A stretch of DNA of 64,000 bases from an uncultured Ectothiorhodospiraceae bacterium (GTDB taxonomy: Bacteria; Pseudomonadota; Gammaproteobacteria; UBA6429; Thiohalophilaceae): positions 5,173 through 69,172 of the forward strand of contig CAMYJG010000007.1 in assembly GCA_947258695.1 (NCBI GenBank), in the 5' to 3' direction. The first letter of the stretch is position 1, and each line of letters starts with the position of its first letter. Positions 23,934 through 33,363 of this stretch are shown here, piece after piece. Under the pieces are notes generated by a model. That model was not told the DNA's origin. It saw only the letters and a list, made by a program, of their open reading frames with translations, and searched no databases. A program made the position numbers and the translations under genes.

Positions 23934-24854
23934 TTATGGTATTACAACGTCTTTTAATAATAATGCGGCAGGTTTACTAACAGCTGGATCTATTGGTTGT
24001 AATCGGTGTCTCACTACGCTGGGTAAGACGGCCTGGACATCTTCAGGAATAACATAATCACGATCACTGAGTAATGCCCATGCTTTACTGACATGCAGCA
24101 ATGCCAAACCTGCTCTTGGTGATAAACCATAAGCAAATAAACCCGATTCACGTGAATAAGAAAGTAAGGCCTGAACATAATCGAGTAAAGCATCAGAAGT
24201 TTTAATGTGTTGTACCTGGTCCTGCATTTGATGAAGTTGGTTATCTTGTAAACAAGCCGTTATTTCATTTAATGCTTCACGGCGATCATTGGCAGCCAAT
24301 AATTGTCTTTCGGCAGTTGCATCAGGATAACCCAATGAAATTGACATTAAAAAACGATCCAATTGAGATTCCGGTAATGGAAAAGTACCAATTTGTTCAG
24401 ATGGATTTTGAGTCGCGATGACAAAAAATGGTTCAGGTAAATTTCGTGTTTTACCATCGAGGGTGACCTGCTTTTCTTCCATCGCCTCCAGTAATGCACT
24501 TTGTGTTTTTGGCGTGGCACGATTAATTTCATCTGCCAGTAATACATTGCAGAAAATTGGCCCTGGATGAAAAGTAAACTTGTTAGCAGCTTGTTCAAAA
24601 ACGGAAATACCCAATACATCTGCAGGGAGCATATCACTGGTAAATTGAATTCGACTAAATTCTAAACCGAGTAATTGAGCAAAAGTATGTGCCAGGGTGG
24701 TTTTACCAACACCGGGTAAATCTTCTATAAGCAGGTGACCTTTTGCAAGAATACAGGTGAGTGCTAAACGAATTTTATGATCTTTACCGAGAATAATGGT
24801 GTTAGCGACGTCAATTATATGATTTAACTGGTCGTAGTGGTTATTTTTATTCAT
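23934..24854 (-). CDS. MoxR-family AAA+ ATPase
   Basis: 306 aa with Walker A motif LPGVGKTTLA and Walker B motif LLADEINRA. Confidence 0.9.
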   Translation of the reverse strand: MNKNNHYDQLNHIIDVANTIILGKDHKIRLALTCILAKGHLLIEDLPGVGKTTLAHTFAQLLGLEFSRIQFTSDMLPADVLGISVFEQAANKFTFHPGPIFCNVLLADEINRATPKTQSALLEAMEEKQVTLDGKTRNLPEPFFVIATQNPSEQIGTFPLPESQLDRFLMSISLGYPDATAERQLLAANDRREALNEITACLQDNQLHQMQDQVQHIKTSDALLDYVQALLSYSRESGLFAYGLSPRAGLALLHVSKAWALLSDRDYVIPEDVQAVLPSVVRHRLQPIDPAVSKPAALLLKDVVIP

Positions 24855-24918
24855 AAGCTCGCTGGATAGTTATATAGTGGGAATAAGACCGTAATTTATC
24901 AAAATTGTTCGTATTTCT

Positions 24919-25992
24919 ATGATCCGCTTAAACATCATTAAATATATCGTACTTTTACTCAGTATCTTTACGTTATCAGGCTGCTCTACATTTGGCTATT
25001 ACATGGATCTCATGGCGGGTCATAATGAGTTAATAGAGAAACAAAAACCGATTTCCGACATACTTGCCAACAAGGAAACCAGTACACAATTACGTAAGTT
25101 ACTCGAAAAAAGTCAAAATATACGTGATTTTGCCTCTAAAAGTCTCTATCTCCCTGATAATGATAGTTACCGTATGTATGCCGACTTAAAACGGCGCTAT
25201 GTGGTTTGGAATGTGGTGGCAGCAAAAGAATTCTCCGTGAAGCCTGAGAAATGGTGTTTTTTATTTGTTGGCTGTTTGAGTTACCGGGGTTATTTTTCAA
25301 AACAGGATGCACTTGAATACGCGAATGAGCTGAAAAAAGAGGGTTACGATGTGTATGTAGCCGGGGCAAGTGCTTACTCAACATTAGGTTGGTTCGACGA
25401 TCCCTTACTCAATACCATGATGTATAAATCAGAAGCGCGCCGGGCAGGTATAATTTTTCATGAGCTGGCGCACCAGGTGGTGTATATCGAAGATGACTCG
25501 GCATTTAACGAGGCTTTTGCCACCGCGGTTGAAGAAGAGGGTATTCATCGATGGATGATTAAATCCGGTAAGGAACAAGAATATCAAGAACATTTGCGCG
25601 ATAAACAACGTGATAAGCAATTAAACCAGTTATTACAAGCCACGCGGGATTGTTTAAAAGAACTTTATAAAACCAAGTTAACTACTATAGAAAAAAGACA
25701 ACAAAAGAAAAATATTTTTTCTGATTTAGAGAAGCAATATCAGCAACTGAAAATATCATGGAATGGTCATAATGCTTTTGATAAATGGATGGGTCAGGAA
25801 CTTAATAATGCCCATTTGCTGCTAATCGCAACCTATAATGAGTTAGTGCCAGTTTTTAAACAAATACTTAAACAACAAAATAATAATTTAAAAGAATTTT
25901 ATGTTGCGGTAGAAAAATTTGGTGAGTTAGACAAGCAAGCAAGAAAGAGTAAAGTCAATCAAATTCAGCAACTAGTTAATAAAGAGATGTAA
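24919..25992 (+). CDS. Putative lipoprotein zinc aminopeptidase (DUF2265/Aminopep-like)
   Basis: 357 aa with lipobox LSGC and the HELAH zinc motif (IIFHELAHQV). Confidence 0.65.
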   Translation: MIRLNIIKYIVLLLSIFTLSGCSTFGYYMDLMAGHNELIEKQKPISDILANKETSTQLRKLLEKSQNIRDFASKSLYLPDNDSYRMYADLKRRYVVWNVVAAKEFSVKPEKWCFLFVGCLSYRGYFSKQDALEYANELKKEGYDVYVAGASAYSTLGWFDDPLLNTMMYKSEARRAGIIFHELAHQVVYIEDDSAFNEAFATAVEEEGIHRWMIKSGKEQEYQEHLRDKQRDKQLNQLLQATRDCLKELYKTKLTTIEKRQQKKNIFSDLEKQYQQLKISWNGHNAFDKWMGQELNNAHLLLIATYNELVPVFKQILKQQNNNLKEFYVAVEKFGELDKQARKSKVNQIQQLVNKEM

Positions 25993-26009
25993 AAATTAAT
26001 CTAACCTAA

Positions 26010-26561
26010 ATGGAAATAATATTATTAAGGCATGGTAAACCAGAGGTTGAATTATCTGGCTGGAAAAGCGCGGAAGAATTCAAACAGTTGGCAAGCGCAT
26101 ATGCGCAATCTGGAATACAAGGACATCCACCCAGTAGTATTTTCGAAAAATTTAAATCACATTACGTTGTTTGTAGTAACTTAAATCGCTCAGTTAAATC
26201 AGCTAATATAATAGGATATAAAGAGATTCATTTAGAGGATAAAATATTTTCTGAATCTGAAATTCCTCACCATGATAGAAGTATAATAAAAATTCCCATG
26301 ACAATTTGGCTTGTGTATTTAAGGTTAAGATGGTTATTCGGGTTTAGCAAAAATGGTGAATCATTCTTAGAAGCTAACAAGCGGGCTGAACTTGCAGCAA
26401 ATAAACTGATTAATTTAGCCGAAGAGAATGAAAAAGTAATATTGGTAGGGCATGGATTGATGAATCGATTGATAGCACGACAATTACGATTGCAAAACTG
26501 GAATGGTCCAACGTCTCCTGGCAAAAGATATTGGGAATATGGAAATTATATTTTTCAATAG
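26010..26561 (+). CDS. Histidine phosphatase family protein
   Basis: 183 aa with the N-terminal catalytic motif LLRHG and a later GHG. Confidence 0.7.
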   Translation: MEIILLRHGKPEVELSGWKSAEEFKQLASAYAQSGIQGHPPSSIFEKFKSHYVVCSNLNRSVKSANIIGYKEIHLEDKIFSESEIPHHDRSIIKIPMTIWLVYLRLRWLFGFSKNGESFLEANKRAELAANKLINLAEENEKVILVGHGLMNRLIARQLRLQNWNGPTSPGKRYWEYGNYIFQ

Positions 26562-26565
26562 TAGA

Positions 26566-27132
26566 TTATTTTTTACTTAACATTGATTTTTTAAGATCAG
26601 AATCTAGCGGATCATCTCCTAGCCAAATTTTCAGCAAAGCAGTAAAAAAATTATCACCTTCTACCAGTCCCATTGTTTTTTCATTAATAATGACAAAAGT
26701 ACCTGTAGTAGGAATGAAATTTAAGTTAATAATATCACTTTTTTTTACATCAATAAAAAGACGATTAAATTGATCAATTTGTGATTGTAATTTTAATAAC
26801 TCCGCTTTAGAGTGATTATTTTCAAAGCCATCATTCCAATCAGCAACAAGTTTATTTTTAGTTATTTTTTTGGAAAGAAAGTACATACTAATTCGTTTTT
26901 CGCCATGGGCGTTATATATGTCTTGCGCAGTATGATGTTTTTTTTCCAGGTACAAGCTACCGATATAAATATCAAAAAAGAATTTTGAACGGATTCCCGC
27001 ACCGTTTAATATAAGTTTAGTTGATTGGTCTGTATGTGAGACGGTATCAGGAATACTGATACCAGAGATGGTTACTGCTTTAATATTAAATGAAATAAAT
27101 AGGCTAAATAGTAAAAATGTAAGACTCTTCAT
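26566..27132 (-). CDS. Secreted chalcone-isomerase-like family protein
   Basis: 188 aa with a signal peptide. The core LILNGAGIRSKFFFDIYIGSLYL is typical of bacterial CHI-like proteins. Confidence 0.6.
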   Translation of the reverse strand: MKSLTFLLFSLFISFNIKAVTISGISIPDTVSHTDQSTKLILNGAGIRSKFFFDIYIGSLYLEKKHHTAQDIYNAHGEKRISMYFLSKKITKNKLVADWNDGFENNHSKAELLKLQSQIDQFNRLFIDVKKSDIINLNFIPTTGTFVIINEKTMGLVEGDNFFTALLKIWLGDDPLDSDLKKSMLSKK

Positions 27133-27232
27133 CGTTTCATCCTTATTATTTTATAATTTGAGTATAAAGTAATTTACATGATAGTGTTTATTCAAAAAAG
27201 TTATATTTAATTAGAGTTTTAATTATATAAGC

Positions 27233-27988
27233 ATGAAAATTAGATTCTTAATCATATGGATTTGTGCTTTCTCAACAATGTCTTGTTCACTGGATGTCAA
27301 TAAGCCGGTAAATTTATTGTGGGATATAAAAGCTAATAAAAACAATAGTTTAATAGTATTTTTGCCAGGAATAATCGATACCGCAGAAACGTTTAAGGAT
27401 GAGCAAATTTTTACATTGGCAAGAAAAGCAGGGATTACGGCAGATATGGTGGCGGCGGGTATATATATAAAGCATTTATTAAAAGAAAAAATGATCGAAA
27501 GGCTAGAAGCAGATATTTTTAGTCATTTAAAGAATAAAGGGTATGAAAATATCTGGCTGGTGGGTATGTCTTTGGGAGCATTAAATTCATTACTATTTTA
27601 TCAACAACATATGAATAAAATTTGTGGTGTAGTGATGTTATCACCTTATATTGCGGATGAAGAATTAGCCCATGAACTGAGACAAGCAGGTAGTTTACGT
27701 CAATGGGAGCCAAAATCAGCTAACAATAAAAAGATTTTGAAACGAAAATTAGTTTCGTTATGGAAGTGGTTGCAACAACAACAATTAAAAAATGATCTCA
27801 ATAACATTTATTTAGGATATGGAAATCGAGATAAATTTATATTATCTATCAGTTTATTGAGAAAAATTTTAAATACAAACAATATTATTGAAGTTGAGGG
27901 AATACATGATTGGGTAACTGCGCGTAAAGTTTGGCGACAGCAGTTGTCTACGAGAAATGAAACAGGATTATTGAAACCCTGCAATTAA
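27233..27988 (+). CDS. Alpha/beta hydrolase, possibly exported or a lipoprotein
   Basis: 251 aa with the nucleophile elbow GMSLGA and a hydrophobic N-terminus ending in MSCS. Confidence 0.6.
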   Translation: MKIRFLIIWICAFSTMSCSLDVNKPVNLLWDIKANKNNSLIVFLPGIIDTAETFKDEQIFTLARKAGITADMVAAGIYIKHLLKEKMIERLEADIFSHLKNKGYENIWLVGMSLGALNSLLFYQQHMNKICGVVMLSPYIADEELAHELRQAGSLRQWEPKSANNKKILKRKLVSLWKWLQQQQLKNDLNNIYLGYGNRDKFILSISLLRKILNTNNIIEVEGIHDWVTARKVWRQQLSTRNETGLLKPCN

Positions 27989-28125
27989 TAATTTGTTATC
28001 AGGGCAGCCGTATTTTTCGACGAAATTTTTAGAGTTAGTAATCATAAAACCCGTGAAAAAAAATGATTAACAAAAAGATCATAAGTTTTTTTAAGAATTA
28101 CAGACAAAATGCCAAATTATTAGAG

Positions 28126-28185
28126 TTGCACCAAAAGTGATCGTTTTTATACTATGCGCAATATTATAGTGCGTTTTCTCGAACA
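28126..28185 (+). promoter_or_regulatory. NtrC-type upstream half-sites for glnN
   Basis: TTGCACCAAA at 28126..28135 and TAGTGCGTT at 28177..28185. The same two words recur upstream of glnA and ntrB. Confidence 0.45.
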
Positions 28186-28274
28186 TTCATTTTAATAGTT
28201 CTTAATTATTAATCTATCTTATTGATTAAATTAGAATATTTATGTTGGCAAGAACGGGTATATATCAAATTGGC

Positions 28275-28290
28275 TGGCATAGAAGTTGCT
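28275..28290 (+). promoter_or_regulatory. Sigma54 (-24/-12) promoter of glnN
   Basis: TGGCATAGAAGTTGCT has GG at 28276-77 and GC at 28288-89, the exact consensus spacing. It lies 90 bp upstream of the ATG. Confidence 0.75.
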
Positions 28291-28379
28291 CACTATATAT
28301 TTAAATAGACACAAAAGACATTTTAAGCAGTAATAAAAAACTCACATTAATATTTTAAATTATATAGAAGGTATCTGGA

Positions 28380-30551
28380 ATGAGTGGAAATATATCCCGT
28401 TTAAAAGCGGTTGAAAACATTACAACACAAGAAAAGGCATCGGTTGAGAAAACAGAACTATTAGATAATATTTGGGCGACAGATGTTTTTAATTTAGCAA
28501 AAATGGAAAAGGCACTTTCTAAAAAAGCATTTGAAAGTATCAAGAAAACCATTCAAACAGGTGAAGCTTTAGAGCTAGACACCGCTGAAGAAATTGCTAC
28601 AGCAATGAAAGAGTGGGCATTAGCAAAAGGCGTTAAGTTCTTCTCTCATATTTTCTATCCAATGACCAATGCAACTGCAGAAAAGCATGATGCTTTTATT
28701 GTTACAGATTTTGATGGTGGTGCAATTTCAAAATTTGATGGTGCACTATTAATTAAAGGTGAGCCAGATGGATCATCTTTCCCTAATGGCGGCATACGCG
28801 AAACAAATGCTGCACGTGGTTATACCGCATGGGATCCAAGCAGCCCCGCATATATTATGCATACACAAAATGGCGCGACATTAATGATTCCTTGTGTATT
28901 TGCATCATGGACGGGTGAAGCATTAGATAAAAAGATTCCTTTACTGCGTTCTAATGCAGCAATGAATACTGCAGCGCAGAAAGTATTAAATTTAATGGGC
29001 GAAGGCGAAGTTTCACCATTAAATTCAAGTTGTGGTGCTGAGCAAGAATATTTCTTGGTTGATGAGAAATTTGCAAATGCACGCCCTGATTTATTATTGG
29101 CAGGACGTACTTTATTTGGTGCAGCACCTGCTAAGGGTCAAGAATTTGATGACCATTACTTTGGTGCTATTCCATCACGCGTACAAGTATATATGCAAGA
29201 CGCAGAAGACCGTTTATATCGTTTAGGTATCCCTGCTAAAACTCATCATAATGAAGTTGCTCCAGGCCAGTTTGAAATTGCGCCATATTTCGAGGCTGCA
29301 AATGTTGCAGCAGATCACCAACAGTTGATTATGACCGTTCTGCAGAATACGGCTAAAGAACATGGCTTCATTTGTTTAATGCATGAGAAACCATTTGCTG
29401 GAATTAATGGTTCAGGTAAGCATGTAAACTGGTCTGTTGGTAACTCAACCCAGGGTAATTTACTGGACCCAGGCAACACACCAGAAGAAAACTTAAACTT
29501 CTTATTATTCTGTGGTGCGGTCATTCGTGGTGTACATAAATATGGGCCATTACTTCGTGCAGTTATTGCCTCTGCAAGTAATGATCATCGATTAGGCGCT
29601 AACGAAGCACCACCAGCAATTCTCTCTGTTTATTTAGGATCACAGCTAGAAACTATTTTTGATGATATTAAAGAAGGTAAATTATCGCCAACAGATGATG
29701 GTGGCATAATGGATCTGGGTTTATCTCAAATTATGAACTTTAAACGTGATTCTGGTGATCGAAATAGAACTTCACCTTTCGCATTTACTGGAAATCGTTT
29801 TGAATTCCGTGCGGTTGGTTCTTCACAATCAGTATCAGGACCATTAATTGCAATGAATACGATGTTAGCCGACTCACTTGAGTGGATTGCGGTTAAACTT
29901 GAAGAAGCATTAAAAGGCGGTGATAAAACGGCTGCTGTTATTTCTGTACTTAAAGAATTGATGTTATTACATGGTAGTGCTGTATTTGGTGGAGATGGTT
30001 ATTCCGCAGAATGGCATGAAATGGCAGTTAAAGAGCGTGGTTTGAAAAACTTACCAACTACTGCAGATGCACTTCCATATATACAAGATGCAGAAATTAT
30101 TGAACTGTTTAAATCAACTGGTGTATTGACTCCGATAGAATTAGAAAGTCGTTACGAAATCTATGCTGAGCAATATATTATGTCCATTGAAGTTGAAGCT
30201 AAATTAGTTATTGATATGGCTAAAACATTAATTTATCCAGCTGCTGTGAATTATCTTGCAAGTCTTGCAGACGCTGCTTCTGGTATGAAGGAAATGGGTA
30301 TTGATTTAGATAGTGGTACTGCAAAAATTGTTGCAGCAAGAGCAAATGCAATGATGGCAGCAGTTAATGAATTGATTGAAGCTTCGGCTAAAGAAGATTT
30401 TGCATCAACAAATGAGCATATGAAATATTGTGCAGATGTAATTCGCGGATTAATGGATAAGGTTCGTGAGCATGCAGACACACTCGAATGTGAAGTTGAT
30501 GATACATTATGGCCATTGCCAAAGTACCAGGAAATGCTATTTATAAAATAA
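28380..30551 (+). CDS. glnN: Glutamine synthetase type III
   Basis: 723 aa, the length of the GSIII class. It contains a GS catalytic-domain signature (GSGKHVNWS; NRTSPFAFTGNRFEFRAVGS). Confidence 0.9.
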   Translation: MSGNISRLKAVENITTQEKASVEKTELLDNIWATDVFNLAKMEKALSKKAFESIKKTIQTGEALELDTAEEIATAMKEWALAKGVKFFSHIFYPMTNATAEKHDAFIVTDFDGGAISKFDGALLIKGEPDGSSFPNGGIRETNAARGYTAWDPSSPAYIMHTQNGATLMIPCVFASWTGEALDKKIPLLRSNAAMNTAAQKVLNLMGEGEVSPLNSSCGAEQEYFLVDEKFANARPDLLLAGRTLFGAAPAKGQEFDDHYFGAIPSRVQVYMQDAEDRLYRLGIPAKTHHNEVAPGQFEIAPYFEAANVAADHQQLIMTVLQNTAKEHGFICLMHEKPFAGINGSGKHVNWSVGNSTQGNLLDPGNTPEENLNFLLFCGAVIRGVHKYGPLLRAVIASASNDHRLGANEAPPAILSVYLGSQLETIFDDIKEGKLSPTDDGGIMDLGLSQIMNFKRDSGDRNRTSPFAFTGNRFEFRAVGSSQSVSGPLIAMNTMLADSLEWIAVKLEEALKGGDKTAAVISVLKELMLLHGSAVFGGDGYSAEWHEMAVKERGLKNLPTTADALPYIQDAEIIELFKSTGVLTPIELESRYEIYAEQYIMSIEVEAKLVIDMAKTLIYPAAVNYLASLADAASGMKEMGIDLDSGTAKIVAARANAMMAAVNELIEASAKEDFASTNEHMKYCADVIRGLMDKVREHADTLECEVDDTLWPLPKYQEMLFIK

Positions 30552-30568
30552 TATTAATTTTATATATG

Positions 30569-30602
30569 AAAAAAACCGGTAACATTGTTACCGGTTTTTT
30601 TT
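30569..30602. terminator. Bidirectional rho-independent terminator after glnN
   Basis: An A7 run, stem CCGGTAAC/GTTACCGG with loop ATT, then a T8 run. Confidence 0.85.
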
Positions 30603-30671
30603 GCTTAACGTTTAGGATAAAGATAACAATTAAAATTAAGTAAGCAGGTTTATTGAAAGGATAGTATTAAT

Positions 30672-30860
30672 TTATTCATTTTCATGAGTTGCATGTAACA
30701 CAGCAATATTCTCTTCAAGCGAGACGTGGATATTAATCGGCCGACAACAAACCTGGCAATCTTCGATATAGTCTTGTTCGCCAATAGAACAGTCGACCAT
30801 AATCTGTATTACTTCACCGCAGTAGGGGCAGCTAATATCATGTGTTTGCAGTAGATCCAT
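30672..30860 (-). CDS. CPXCG-motif cysteine-rich small protein
   Basis: 62 aa with CPYCG … CQVCC, a zinc-ribbon-like pattern. Its start lies 8 nt downstream of the MMPL gene stop. Confidence 0.75.
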   Translation of the reverse strand: MDLLQTHDISCPYCGEVIQIMVDCSIGEQDYIEDCQVCCRPINIHVSLEENIAVLHATHENE

Positions 30861-30868
30861 ATTTAAAT

Positions 30869-33184
30869 TTAGCCCGGTTTTTCAGTAACTTTTTGCTCTT
30901 TATATAATTTTGCATCTAGCACACTTAATAAAGGCGGTAATAAAAAGAAATCTGTCAGCAATGCATAACTTAAAGTCATCGCAAGTAGTAAACCACTAAC
31001 CCATGTTGGGGATAAATGAGACGCTGCTAAAACTAAAAAACCAGAAACAAGAACGGCGGTTGTTATCATTAATGCAATGCCTACGGTGTTAAATGCATAG
31101 CGCATTCCTTCATTAACATCATAATTTTTTTCTCGACGAGCTCGTAAATATTTACTAAGAAAATGCACGGTATCATCGACCACAATTCCTAAACTCATAC
31201 AAATGACAATCGAAGCAGATAAGTCTATTTTTCCAATAAATATTCCCCATGTTCCATAAGCCAGTAAAGCAGGTACCAGGTTGGGTACTAGACTGATTAG
31301 GCCAAGCCGAACAGACCATAAAGCGATGATCAGAACAAATGAAATTAATATGAGCGCAACGAATGTACCTTTTAATAAGCTACGAATATTTCTATGATTA
31401 ATATGGGCAAAGACCATATCTAATCCAGTTGCCTCCGAACTTTGATATTGAGCAGCGTTCTGCTTTAACCAGTTTTGTGCACGCCTGTCCAGTTCAAGCA
31501 AAAATTCGGAATCTGTTTTATAAACAATGATCGTTACCAGTGTTGTGCTGCGTTCTAAATTTACTAAGTTATCCAGGTTAAGTTCACGCGGTAAACCTGT
31601 CTCATAAAGCAAAAAAAGTTGTGCGGCCAGCTGACGACTTTCAGGCAGTCGGTAATACTCGGCTTTATCTTGATGCAGATTTTTATTTAGTCGTTTGCTA
31701 ATATCAGCAAGACTATTAACATACGCAACTTTATCTTGTTTTCGTAACCAGTTAGAAAAATTATTTAAGGTATTGAGATACTCTGGTTCATGAATACCCT
31801 GTTGCGCACCACTGTTAACTAAATAACGTAAGTAATGTACACCGGAAAGATGTTTATTTATATTTTCGACGGTTTGACGAAGTTCGAATGTTTGATCAAA
31901 ATAATGATGCCATTCTTCAGTGAGTTTATTATCGGTTACAAAGCTAATAATAAAAATAGTGAAAAAAGATAAGCCAACTAGCAGTTTTTTACGATTTAAA
32001 ATAATCCAGTTGGCAAAATTATCAACCCAGATATTCTTTCCCTTATCAATATGAGATTTTCCAATAGAAAACCAGGCCATTACAGCAGGTAAAAATGTTA
32101 TGCTTAAAATAAAGGCGATAAACACACCAAGTGCTACCATATTGCCAAGATCACGGTAGGGTGGCGAATCGCTAAAATTAAGGCATAACACACCAATCAT
32201 GGTGGTAATACTGGTGACAAAAACTGGGTTTAAATTAATTCGTAGTGATTCACGTAATGCATCATGTCGATGAGAACCGTGCCGTAAGCTATGAAAATAA
32301 GAAATAAGAATATGTACGCTATCAGCTACAGCAATAGTCATTATGATGCTGGGTACCCATCCTGCTACGGGTGTCATGACATAATTAAACCAGCCATATA
32401 CTCCCATGGTTATAATAATAGAAAAAGAAACCAGCAAGATAGTGGCAAGCATGCCGCGAAAACTGCGTAACAAAAAAACCAGCAGTGAAATAATAATAAT
32501 ATAGCTGTATAGAACCAGGGTATTTATATCTTGTTCCACTGCTTCACCCAGTGTGACGCCTGCAGCACTGCTACCACCAAGATTGATTTTAATTTGAGGA
32601 TAGTCTTTCTCAAACTTATCACGTAATAAGCGAGCAGCGGTGATTATTTCGGTATTCGCTTTGGACTTTTCAAGCGGTAAATTTAAACGAACCTGTATAG
32701 CAGTTACACTGCCATTTTGATTGGTTAGAAAATTTATTAGCGTTGGTTCATTCAACACAACATCTTTTATAAAATTAATTTTCTTAGAATTTAGATCAGA
32801 CAAATCATCCAGTAGATAATCGGTGGTTAAGTTATCACCTTCGACGATGGTATGTTGATAATTTGTTAGAGAATTGACACGTGAGACAAAGGGCAATTCC
32901 CAGGATTTCTCGGTGAGTTGCCAAATTAGAGAAAGGCTTTGCTGGTTAAATATATTTTTACTTTTCGGTTGAATAAAAAAAACCAGGCTGTCCTGTTTGC
33001 CGTAAGTTTTTTCAAGTGCTTCAAAGGCGACCAGTTGTGGGTTGTCCTTACTAAAATAAATCCGAAAGTCACTGCTGGTAGTAAGATTTTTGACGCCTGC
33101 GCCAATTGCAATCACAAATAGTAGTGAAAGGGTAACGACCAGTTTATGGTGTTGAATGATCCAATTGGTATAGCGCGCTAGCAT
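30869..33184 (-). CDS. MMPL/RND-superfamily transporter (COG1033-like)
   Basis: 771 aa with two 6-TM bundles, each preceded by a large soluble loop. Confidence 0.85.
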   Translation of the reverse strand: MLARYTNWIIQHHKLVVTLSLLFVIAIGAGVKNLTTSSDFRIYFSKDNPQLVAFEALEKTYGKQDSLVFFIQPKSKNIFNQQSLSLIWQLTEKSWELPFVSRVNSLTNYQHTIVEGDNLTTDYLLDDLSDLNSKKINFIKDVVLNEPTLINFLTNQNGSVTAIQVRLNLPLEKSKANTEIITAARLLRDKFEKDYPQIKINLGGSSAAGVTLGEAVEQDINTLVLYSYIIIISLLVFLLRSFRGMLATILLVSFSIIITMGVYGWFNYVMTPVAGWVPSIIMTIAVADSVHILISYFHSLRHGSHRHDALRESLRINLNPVFVTSITTMIGVLCLNFSDSPPYRDLGNMVALGVFIAFILSITFLPAVMAWFSIGKSHIDKGKNIWVDNFANWIILNRKKLLVGLSFFTIFIISFVTDNKLTEEWHHYFDQTFELRQTVENINKHLSGVHYLRYLVNSGAQQGIHEPEYLNTLNNFSNWLRKQDKVAYVNSLADISKRLNKNLHQDKAEYYRLPESRQLAAQLFLLYETGLPRELNLDNLVNLERSTTLVTIIVYKTDSEFLLELDRRAQNWLKQNAAQYQSSEATGLDMVFAHINHRNIRSLLKGTFVALILISFVLIIALWSVRLGLISLVPNLVPALLAYGTWGIFIGKIDLSASIVICMSLGIVVDDTVHFLSKYLRARREKNYDVNEGMRYAFNTVGIALMITTAVLVSGFLVLAASHLSPTWVSGLLLAMTLSYALLTDFFLLPPLLSVLDAKLYKEQKVTEKPG

Positions 33185-33304
33185 CTGAATACCTTCTCAC
33201 AGTAAAGACTAGTATTTAATGATGTTGATGCATAATTAGCCAATAAAGATATTTAAGCATGTTAAATATTTAACTTATCATAATTTTAGATGCCAGCCAT
33301 GCAT

Positions 33305-33341
33305 AAAAAAAGCCTTACTAAAAATAGTAAGGCTTTTTTAA
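33305..33341 (-). terminator. Rho-independent terminator after fbp
   Basis: AGCCTTACTA-AAAAA-TAGTAAGGCT flanked by an A run and a T run. Read on the minus strand, the hairpin is followed by a U-tract. Confidence 0.8.
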
Positions 33342-33363
33342 ATTAAAGTGTTTGTTACTTTAA

